DNA of 64,000 nucleotides from the human T2T-CHM13v2.0 reference genome, Homo sapiens. A model generated the notes under the pieces. The model saw only the letters and a list, made by a program, of their open reading frames with translations, searched no databases and had not been told where the DNA came from. The stretch lies in the NCBI RefSeq assembly GCF_009914755.1, contig NC_060938.1. One strand, 5' to 3'. Position numbers and translations under genes: made by a program. Positions within the stretch are counted from its first letter, which is position 1; the number at the start of each line of letters is the position of its first letter. This document shows, piece after piece, positions 40,111-51,038 of the stretch.

Positions 40111-40660
40111 CCAGCCCCAGAGGAGCACTGAGGCCTGGATCATCTTTGGGCAGAACACACAGCTTCGATGCAGGATCCTCGTGTTTAAAATACAAGGCTG
40201 GATCTGGGGCTGTCAGTTGCCAGAACAAGTCCAGAGAAAACACAAAGAGAACACCACCCAGCCCTGACAATGTTCTTGGCTGAGCCAGAGCCCCTGAGGC
40301 AGCCGAGTGAACTCCATGACAGAAACTTCTCTGAAGGCTTGAGAGGAGGGGAGAAAGGTGGAGGGCTCTGGCCCATGACAAGGCCAACAAGTCCACTCCA
40401 AGCCAGGTGGAGGGGGCCTGTACCACCCCATGCCCCAAAACAAGAAAGGCTCTCACCAAGAGGGACCATCTCTATTCCTGGTGATAACTTGGCCTTTCTT
40501 ACCTGCCTGGCCTTTGTCTGTGCTGTATCTGCCACTGGAATGCCCTCCCTTCTCATCTCTGCCTGTTGAAATGGAATCTTTATCACTGAAGCCCTGGGAT
40601 TTGGCCCAGGCTGGGGACTTATTACTATTGGGGGCCTACAAAGGGTCCCTCTCTCATAGT

Positions 40661-41004
<344 letters not shown>

Positions 41005-41619
41005 TAGTTTTTCTTGGCCGCCGTGGAGACACCTGGCCCACCCTTGGAGCCCCCCAGCACTGTCCTGCCCTGTGGAGCTGGCACACAGATTGTGGTTATG
41101 GCTTGTCCTGTGTTTCCTTCTCCTTAACTCATCCCAGATAATAATGCCTGCCCTGATGCCTGCCAATGTTCCCCCTCAATTTCTGGCCTCCATCCTATTT
41201 CTTCCTGACCAGAGTCACCACCCTCATCACACCCTCAGCATCTTTTCCAGAAGCCACAGCAGCCTCCCAATGGCCTCCCTCTCTCCCCGCATAGGCTAAG
41301 CAGAAACTGGCCCTGGAGGCCCTCTGGGCCTCGGCATGGGGCTCTCTCCCGCAGCACCAATAGCCCCCATTTCTCCTGAACATCCTGCTCCCTCTCCCTG
41401 GAATGGCTCCCACCTTCCTCTAATTGAGCCCAGTATTTCAGAGCCGCTCCAAATACCACCTCCGCGAGAGCCCCACAGACAACCAGGACCACCCCTTCCT
41501 GTGGCCCCGAGCCCATGACCCCACCTGCCCCAGGCCTATCTCCCATGGGAGTGGGATTTCTGCTCAGAGCCTCCCCCAGTGCATCTCCTTCTTATGTATC
41601 TGATTCTTGAAAACATTCT

Positions 41620-41960
41620 TCCCTCCTTTGCATACTTATTGAGCAGGTACTATGTTCCAGGCCCTGACCTGTCATGGTCCCCAAAGACACACTCGCCCCT
41701 GTCCTCAAGGCTGTCACGGTCAGGTGGGGAAGACAGCGGCCAGCAGACAATGACGAAACAGTGGAATGAATGTGCGATGAGGGCAGCAAAGGGTCTGTGA
41801 GTAGGGAGGAAGGCACTGAGGCCCACGCAGGGAAGGGAGTGTGCAGCACAGAGGGCTTCTGGGAGGAAGTGGCCTGAGCCAAACCCCAAAGTTGGAGTTA
41901 GTCCTGGGGACCAAGAGTATTCCAGATAGGCAGAACACCATGGACAAAGGCCAAGGGTCA
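41620..41960 (-). mobile_element. L2 fragment
   Basis: tacttattgagcaggtactatgttccaggc...cccctgtcctcaagg...tattccagataggcagaacaccatggacaaaggcc. Confidence 0.62.
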
Positions 41961-42166
41961 AGAGGGGTGCCCCTGGGGTTCGGCTTGGCTGCAGTGTGGA
42001 GTGCAGGGGCAGTATGACAGGAGACGCCACCCAGGAGAGGGAATGGGCAGGGGCGACATGCCCCAAGACACCCAGCACAGGTGACAGGGCCTGGAGAGAT
42101 GCAATGATAGCAATTAAATTCCATTGAACTTATAAGTATGCAAGGGAAAACCATTGTATTACTCAG

Positions 42167-42727
42167 TGTGGCAGGCAGAATCTAAGTCAACCCCAAGATC
42201 CCTGTGGCCGGGCAACACCCTGCATGATCGCCAGAACTGCATGCATGATGGATGGGTTCTCCTCTGTGACTCGGTTCTGTTGCATTGCTGCCCTCAAAAC
42301 AGGGAGATGGTCTGGGTAACTCTTAGGGCATCACACACAGAGCTTCTTCTCTGAAGAGGAAGCTGGAGATTCAAAGCACAAGGAGACTGGCCAGCTGTGG
42401 CCGCCTTGCAAGTAGAGGGGCACCGTGAGAAGAAACACAGGACCTGTAGGAGCTGCTGGCCAGCAAGGGTGGGGACCTCAGTCCTACAGCCACCAGGAAC
42501 TGGATTCTGTCAATGAGAGTTAGCTTGGAGGTGGATGTTTCCTCAGGGCCTCCAGAAGATCACCTGCCCCTGCGGACACCTTGATTTCAGCCCGTGACAC
42601 CCTGGGCCAAGAGCCCAACCACACCATGCGGGCTTCTGACCCACCCACCCATGAGATAATAAATGGGTACTGTCAGAAGCCACTCAATCTGCTGTCATCT
42701 GTCATGCAGCAATAGGAAATTAACACA
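42167..42727 (+). mobile_element. MLT1E-type MaLR LTR
   Basis: tgtggcaggcagaatctaag...ggggacctcagtcctacagccaccaggaactggattctg...caccttgatttcagcc...gagataataaatggg...aattaacaca. Confidence 0.78.
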
Positions 42728-43449
42728 TCCAGCTACTATGAGCTTTCAAGGGGGAAACGCAATTGTGATATTTGGAGTCACTGGGGGAAAGCAGGGGGCA
42801 TTTCGCCAGTGGCCACAGCCCCCTACCCTGCTCCTTGAAGGCATCTAAGAGACCCTATGGCCTTACCACAGGTGCAACCTCCCTGCTAGCAGCTAGATCC
42901 TCACTTAGCTACCTGGTGACAGGCAAGCTGTGGAGAGAAAACACTGGAGGACGAGAAGAGAAGACAACAAATGCCACAGGTGCAAAGTTACAGTCCAATA
43001 CAGCAAGCCACGGGCAGGGGAAGAGCAGGTTTCCTCCCACCTGACTTAGCTAGTGACTCATTTCATCTTATGTGACCAGAGAGCTGTTTGCAACCACAAT
43101 GTCCAAAGCCCAGGAGAAGAGGAGCCAGACACTGGCTCAGACAGAGACAGGCATTTCTGCGCCCGATGTCTGAGTCTGGCGGCAGTAGCTGGAAACGTGG
43201 GTAGACTCTGTGGCAGCTGCTCCCACTGATTTACAGCCCCTTCTGGACCCAGGCAGACGCTCACTGTCCCTGCTCAGCTCCAGCTCCCGCTCCCAAAACA
43301 TGGCAGCCTTTTTTACTTTCAAGACATTTTTAAAATGTTTGGAGGGCTCTTTCTGGTAGTACCTATTCTAAAAGCAAAACATCTTAGCTTGGACCCAGAG
43401 CAAAGATGACGCTTACATTCATGAACCCGTCCACAATTTTTAACAATGG

Positions 43450-44170
43450 GACAATTTTCTTCATACAAAAAGGGATCTAATTAATCAACAAGCCCAACAA
43501 CTCAACTAAAAAATAGGCAAACAACAGGCAAAGATTCATTCATAGAAGACAAGCAAATGGAGCCAGTGAATCCATGATGGGATACTCAATTGTGCCAATA
43601 ACGACAAACACACATCAATCGAGGTGGGTACGGCTTCCCCAGGCAGACTGGCACCATCAGGAGTGAAATTTGCTCAAACTTTTTGAAGGGCAATCCAGTG
43701 AGATCTGCCAAAGTGAGGAATGTTTATAATCTTTGGCTGAGAAATCCCACTTCTAGGGATTAATTATGCAGAAATATGCAGGGAGCTGTTTACTGCAGCC
43801 CAGTTTGTTTAAAAAAAAAAAATCCAAACAAGACTGGAATGACCTTATGGGCCCAACATAAATTAGGATTCATTCATTCATGTATGGAAATATTATGCTG
43901 CCAGCAAAAGGGGCAGACCTGATCCCCCTCATCTTCATGGGCTAACATGGAAAGAAGCGAAGCAAGACACATGTTCAGTGGGGACAAAGAGCTGTATCAG
44001 GACACGTGTAAAATGACCCTGTTTCTAAATGTACACATTGCACTAGAGCCTACTGTAATGAAAAAATAATACTAAAAGTGCACATGTATCTCTACATGTA
44101 TGAATAGGAAGGGTCTAGAAAGATAAGTTCCAAACTATGAACAGTGGCTGCCTCAGGGAAGTGAGGCTGG
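43450..44170 (+). mobile_element. Ancient L1ME-type 3' fragment
   Basis: aaaaataggcaaa...aatcccacttctagggatt...tgtttactgcagc...atggaaatattatgctgcc...acagtggctgcctc. Confidence 0.6.
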
Positions 44171-44389
44171 AGTTAAACAGATTCGAGAAGCACCAGCAAT
44201 GAGGGCCCCACACACTAATACAGGGAACTCAAGAACAGACCTGTGCAGGGCCGGAAGTGAGGGCGGCCAGAAGGCACCCAGTCAGGGAATTCCTGAGTGT
44301 GTTGAGTGCAACAGTCTCTCAAGAGAAGCCTCAAAGAGAGGAGGGGACTCTATAGTTAACTGGATGGAAAAGGCTAAATTCTGCAGAAC

Positions 44390-44545
44390 TTCACTGATTC
44401 TATGGCATGTTTTTCATATTTTCCATCTCTGAAATTGAGATGTGTCTCATAATTGATATTTCACAACTTACTTAGGATTTTTTTCTTTTTTATAGAATAT
44501 GAAGTATCAGTGCATCTTACAATCGGTAATGAAATTCAACACTGC
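44390..44545. mobile_element. MER104-like Tc2/mariner DNA transposon remnant
   Basis: catctctgaaattgagatgtgtctcataattgat...gtgcatcttacaatcgg resembles the MER104 consensus as I recall it. Confidence 0.5.
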
Positions 44546-44869
44546 CCCCAGACTAAAGATTCATATTAACACATTACTAAGGCTCTGAGAAGTCCTGCAG
44601 CAAAGAAACATGTAATCCTGATTCTCCAACATATCTGACACTTTTCTCTTTTCCTTATTTTGCCTTTCCCTTTGTTCACACGTGAGATTATGCTGACACT
44701 CCACAAGGTGCCACCTGGTGCCCTGTGGATGTCTGCAAAGCTGCAAGGGGATCCTGTCACTTCTAGGGCAACTGGGGTGGTTGGGACACAGTTCTTATAA
44801 TTCTGTATGATGACTGTTCGGTAAATACCACAGTAACAATGGCAACACCCATCCACGGATGCTACAAGA

Positions 44870-45460
44870 GAAGGGCAAACATATGAGAGACAGTCTGCAA
44901 AGAATCCTCTTAGAAGGTTCTTGCCAACTACAAAGGAAAAAATAGAAATTTAGAGTGGAAAAGCCTGGTGGACTTTAACCAAATAACTGCTGCTGAGCAG
45001 ACAGAAGACATCGTTGTCCTCATGCACCTCCTGATATGACGCACTAGGGAGGGACTGGCACTGCTGGGTGGTGTTCCTGCTGAAAATGTATGACCTTGAC
45101 CCAGTCACGAAAACACCAGATAAACCTGAATTGAGAGACACTCCACAAAATAAACAGTCAAGGTTCCAAAGTGTCAAGGTCAAAACCTGAGGCTCCATCC
45201 CAGATGGCAGGAGACCACAGAGAGCGACAACCAGATTGGATCCTGGACTAAAAAATGGGTATTAGTGGGACAACTGGGGAAATTCGAATTCATTTAGGTC
45301 TTTCAATTATTGAATAGTTATCAATGTGAACTTCCTGGTTTAGATAATTATGGTCAGATAGGATGTTAACACTGGAGGAAGCTGTGCAAAGGGTATATGG
45401 GAACTCTGTGTACTATCTTTGCAACTCTGTCAAAATTTCTTAAAAATAAAAATTACACTA
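44870..45460 (+). mobile_element. Old L1M (MC/ME-type) 3' UTR fragment
   Basis: aactacaaaggaaaaaatag...ttggatcctggact...gggtatatgggaactctgtgtactatctttgcaact...aaaataaaa. Confidence 0.75.
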
Positions 45461-45632
45461 AACAAACCTGTGCAATGTGAACTTTATTATAATAAATCTA
45501 CAATACATCATCTAGTAGCCAATAAAGAGATTTTTAAAAGCCCGCTTGTGTTACATGATTGGTCACCCTGAAGACACTCTTGTTTGGGGAAATAAACCCA
45601 GGTACACATTTGCAAACACGGGGCTGGGCGTT

Positions 45633-46969
45633 TGGGCAGAATGGACAGAGGGGAGCAAATGCCTGGCAGGGTCTGGTCTCATGGGGGTCACTGCAAGCCT
45701 ACCATCAGGGCGCCAGGGGCTGCTGCCTTTAGCACTAAATGCAAGTTGAGAAACACAGGACTCACAGGGTCACAGCACACAGGGTGTGGTCTGAAACTCA
45801 CAATGCACTGTCTGCCAGGAGAGCTCCCATCTATTGAGGAATCCTTACAACAACCTATGAGGAAGGTGCCACCAACATTACCTCCCTCCCCATTTTACAG
45901 ATAGGAAAGCTGGGGCTCAATGCAGTTAAATAACCTGCCTAAATGCACACAGCTGGGTGTTTAGGAGAGGATCTGAACCCAGGCAGTCTGACTTTAGATT
46001 CACTATGGCGCTGCTTCTGAAAAGACCCCTGCAGAGATGTGGGTCCCATGGAGACAGCACTGGACTGAGAGTCGGAAAGGTGCTGAGTGGTCCTGGGTCA
46101 GCCATGCAACCACTCTGGGCCTCTATTCTCATTGTTGAGGATGTGGAGAAGAGCAGTTTTTGTAGGGCTTCCAGAACTCAAGATCTCTTTCAGCTGGAAA
46201 AACACTAAGTGAGCTATAAATTCACACTAAAGTGTAAATGGCTGCTGTTGGATACCTTCTGACCAATCTGACCAACAAGGAGGTTTTGAGTACCCATGTA
46301 CCCTGCTTATATCCCAGGGGAGCCAGGAGACTCAGTGTGAGTAGGGGGAAGAAAGCCTGGGAGTGGAGTCTGGAGGGAGTTAGTCAACACAGCCAGGGGA
46401 AAGGAATTTTGGGTGAGAGCCAGAGTCCCAAAGACAAACAGTCTGTTCACCAACTGGCCTAGGATCAGCAGCAGTGCCCTAGAAAAGTGATCGGAGCCAG
46501 CTGATGTCATTGGGAGAGTACCTCCTAGAGGAGGGGTGCCTGTGGGTTGAGAGGGGACAGAGGTTTTCAGAAAGCTCTGCAGGAAGGCCTGGGGCAGGCC
46601 CACCTGGACCAAGTGGGGTATCTCGTCCAGAAGCCACTGAGCTGGAGGGCGCTGGAGGGGTTGGTGGGCTGTGGGTGGAGGGGCCTTCTTGTTTTGCTGG
46701 GGAGCGGGTCCCTGCCATGGTCTTAAAGGCTCAGCAAGGTTAAGCTCTGAGTGAACAGACAGGAACATTCTTCCCTAGATGAAGGTGCATCTCTCCTGCA
46801 GGGTGCCAGCCAGTCGCCATGAGAGCTCAGTCCACTCCTTTGAGTCTCTCCTGGGAGCCTCCAGACCAGTGCCCTGGGCAGGAGGGACAGAGGGCAGCAA
46901 ATGCCTGGCAGGGTCTGTTCTCATGGGGGTCACTGCAAGCCTACCATCAGGATGCCAGGGGCTGCTGCC
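45633..46969 (+). repeat. Dispersed 95-bp direct duplication (45633-45727 and 46875-46969)
   Basis: Ungapped hand alignment, 89/95 identical, copies 1242 bp apart. Confidence 0.93.
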
Positions 46970-49900
46970 CTGTCCACAGTGCCCACAGCTGTGGAAATGA
47001 GGAGCTTGGCAGAGAATCCAGCATCTGTTTCATCTCTGCCAGTGCCCTTAGGAGGCCTGGACCTGACAACCTCTCCAGGAAAAGCTGATCCAGGCTCCCG
47101 GGCCACTGTCCTCCAGGCACATACCCCAGTCCTGGTGGGACAAAGGGGTGAGGCTGCTGGAGGGAGAGTGGGGAAGCTCTCACTACTCTCCAGGGACCCC
47201 TGCTGCAGCTAGGCCAGGGAAGAGGAGATGGCACAGAAAGGGCTGCGAGTAGGCCTGTGGGCCTGATGTGGAGCTGGCTTTGGCTGTGGGGGTGCAGGAA
47301 AGGGGACGGGGCAGTGTGAATGTGGGGGCGTGCTCCCTGAGGCCCTGTCCTGCCCTGAACATCCCTGGCCTCTGCTGCCTCAACTGAGAGCCCGGCCAGC
47401 AGGACTGATGCTTCCGAGATTCCCAGGTCCTGGGGGCTGACAGGGTCTTGTCTTAGAATGTGAATGTCTGGATGGCTGCACAGGTGGCCCCTGGCTCCAG
47501 AGGACAGGAGCAGAACCCACAGAAGGGTCAGCCAAGGGCAGGGAGATGGGAGGGATTCTGAGAATCAGCTGTAAAATAGATGTTTGTTGTAAGGGAACAG
47601 GGTGAGCTTTGGCATCAACATGGAGCTCAGCTTGAAGATGCACCAGCTCTGAAACCTCAACTAAGTTACCATAACCTCTCTAAGGTTCCACACCCCCCAT
47701 CTGTAAAGGGGGAACGCTACAGCTGAGGGAAGGAGCAGCTTCAAGGACAGGAGGAGCCACCCTTGCAGGCCAGACCTGGTTCCACATGCTCTGGGGCACC
47801 ATTTCTTCCTCACCCCATGACTCCCGGACTGGGGGAGGGCACTGGCTTCCACACGGCAGACGCCAGGACGGCAGCTCACGCAGACTCAGACCAGGGCTAG
47901 CCTTGGTCCCAGCTGCCGCCTCATGCCGGCAACGCACCTACCCGGCCTGGTCTGCAGCTGGCGCTTAGCCGCCCCAGGGCAGGGGAGCCACAAGCACAAT
48001 CCTGCTCTGCGGAGCCTCCCCTGCACTGAAAGGGCGGGTCTCAGCCTGGGTGGCAGACAACAGCCGATGTGAAAACAAAAACAGTGGTGCTCCCACACAT
48101 CCCTGAAGTCCAAGAAAGGGAACCACAAACCAAGCACCTCCCCTGAGAGACCCTACCTCCCTGGCACCCTGTCCTCCCTCATTCCAGACCCTTCGATGGG
48201 GCACGCTGTCCCCTCACCTCAGCCCTGTGGTCTGGGCAGGCTGACACTGGGGGAGGCATGGGCAGGTGCACACCAAGGGGTCGCTCTGCCCGATCTGGGG
48301 TGGGGCCACCAGCTGAGACGCCCACTCAGCACGTCCGAGGCACTGGCGACCCACTTCCCAGATGAGTGAACAACTCAGGGGAGAGTGACTGGCCCAGCCC
48401 CCCGAGGGGCTAAGATTGGAAGCCTTATCAGCGACAAGGTCCTTCTTTCCTGCCATGATGTGTGGCTGCCCTCAAGTATCATTTCCTGGACCCCAGAGGG
48501 CACCCCCAGGGATGATGGCCATGCCACCAGCACCAGGTGAGCCTAGGCAGGACTCACCTGCAGGCGCAGAGCCCCATCCCTACCTATCTTTGCCTCGGTC
48601 CCTCTCCATCAGCCACAGGGGAACTGGGGGTGTGGAAGGGGTACACACAGGGGTGAGGGACAGGGCTTGGGAACCACTGGCTAAGAGCAGACCCACACTG
48701 TGTGGATTCTGATCCCAAATCTGCCCCACTAGCTCTGTGACCTCAAGTAACTTAAGATCAAAGCCCCTCAGTATCCTCACCTCTAAATCGGAGATGAAAT
48801 CAGAACCTTCCTCATAGGGTCATTAAGTGGATTAAATTAGGTACTGTCTGTAAAGTATTTAACCCAGTGCCTGGCACACTAAGCACCTGCCTAAGCGCTG
48901 ACAGACGCACAGCTCAGAGAGGCCACACAATTGGCGGAGGGTTGGAGGGGTGGCGGTGGCAATGGGCAGGGTCTGAGGCCTTGACTCCAAGTCCCCACCC
49001 CTCTGCAGCTCCCCGAGGGTTGAGAGCCAGTTCCTGCCTCTGGGAGCAGCTCCCCACCAATCACAAACACCCACCCCCAAGGCAAAAGCTTTTTGGGGAA
49101 TTATTTCTCCAGGCTCTAAGGAATGTTACTTTCTCTTTGCTTTGTATCCAGACTACTCAATTTCAACCCAGGTTTCAAATGGCCTCTAAGATGAGCCCTA
49201 ATTAAATTCCCGTAAAACCACAGGCAGAAGCATTCAATCTGCGGTATGCACCCCCCATCCCCAGGGAGGCCTGGGATCCCAAACAGGCCATCTGTCACCC
49301 CCAGAGCAGACACATGGGAACTTCTAAGAGAAGAAGAACAGGAGAGCCACCCATCACCCCAAAGCAGTCAGGGCTTTCAAGGATCTCTCCAGCCTGTTGC
49401 CCAATGGTCTGAGACCTGCTGTCCCTGAAGACAGGGACACAAACCCACGCCATGCAATTACGGCCCAGGTGCCTTCTCATACATGGTGCCTTCTCAGCCA
49501 GTTTGGGAGCCAGCTAGAGCCGTGCCCAGAATCGCTCACCCTAGGGTAGCACAGCCATGCCTTGGCTTTGGGGCTTCCATCTCTGGACCCTGGCCCTGGG
49601 TGGCAGAGTGGGCTGCTGATGGGAGAAAGAGCCTGCAAATTCAATGTTTGTTACTGCGGCCTCCTCCCTCCCTCCCCGAGGCCTGCACCAGGGAATGCTT
49701 AATTTCTAGGAAGAATTAAGTGCTTGGTTTGAATTGAATCCAGGCTCAACGCTGCCTGTGCCTCTGCCTAGGGGGTGCGGGTGTGGGGAGGGACATGGGT
49801 ATGGGTATAGGCATGGCTGCCTCCCAGAAGCAGTCATCTATGAGGGAAAGGTAGGGCCCTGGCATGCTGGGGTGGGTCATTCTGCAAGCCTCCAGGATGC

Positions 49901-50039
49901 TGGTTGCTACAAAGAGGGGACTGCTGCTGAGGTCACAGGCCGAGGCCAAACCCCCAGCCAGAGGAGAAATTCCAAGGTTGTTCTGCCATGGGAAAGTTGG
50001 GTCCTCAGGCAGGGACCCATGTCTTGGAAGACTGCTAAT

Positions 50040-50517
50040 GCTCCCCTAAAACTCGTTCTAGCCCTTCTTCCATGGTGATAAAACCCGAATTGTAGCTGGG
50101 CATGTGGCTGCTCAGAACAAGGACTCAATTTCCTGACTCCCTTGCAGCTTAGGATGTGACTAATTCTGGCCAAAGTCCCTTCTCCCAGCACAAAAACATG
50201 TCACTGGATTGCTTTCAGAACCCCTCCTTAAAAGAGAACTAGGCCTTCTTCTCATTTGCTTCCTTTTTCTTGATCTTCCTCTCCATCCTAATGTCTAGAT
50301 CTTGGATGTGAGGGCTGGAAATACAGCCATCACCCAGGACCAGATGGGCAGACCACAGAAGAATAAGGAGCTAGAAGGAGCCAGGGTCCCAGCCCCTGTG
50401 CCCGTGCTGGATGGCCTTCCTCTGGGCTTTTACATCAGAGAGAAAGGAAGTTCTGTCGCATTTAAGCCACCATGATTTTAGGTCTGCTGTTAAAGCAACT
50501 TGAATGCTAATTGATAC
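50040..50517 (+). mobile_element. LTR33-like ERVL LTR
   Basis: tagctgggcatgtggctgctcagaacaaggactcaatttcctgactcccttgcagcttaggatgtgactaattctggccaa...aaggagccagggtccc...tttaagccac. Confidence 0.68.
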
Positions 50518-50992
50518 GAAGTGGGTGGGTTTGAAGCTGCCAGAGCCGAGGCAGAGAAATGACCCTGCTTCCCCTCCAGGCTCTGAATGAGACAAGAATG
50601 AGCTCTGGGAATGTGGAACTGAGAAGGCAGTGACCTCACACAGGCTGCCCGGAGACAGCGATGCTGGGAGCTCCCAGAAGCAGGCCTCATCTGTCTCCTG
50701 GATGCAGAGCTGGGGTGGGAGAGGCCCTCCACGGCTGATGCTCTGCAGGGAGACAGACGGCCCACCTGAGCACAGACCCTTATCCAAGGGCTCTGCCTGC
50801 TATTCCTGGGAGAGCCTCCCCTTGTGCCATGTCCCAACTGCCCACCCCCACCGCAAAGCAGGGGCTCTGGTCGTCTCCCTCCCACTGCTCATCAATGAGG
50901 ATCCTAGCAGTCCCGAAGCACCCACCCGTCCCCCACCAGCTCTGTTTTCCCTGCAGCTGTCCAGAGTCTCTGAAAACAGAGCAGTCTTACTG

Positions 50993-51038
50993 CCGGGGCA
51001 GGGGGGGTGACAACCGGGGCAGGGGGGGTGACAACCGG
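50993..51038 (+). repeat. Perfect 21-bp tandem duplication, G-rich
   Basis: (ccggggcagggggggtgacaa)x2 followed by ccgg. Confidence 0.95.
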
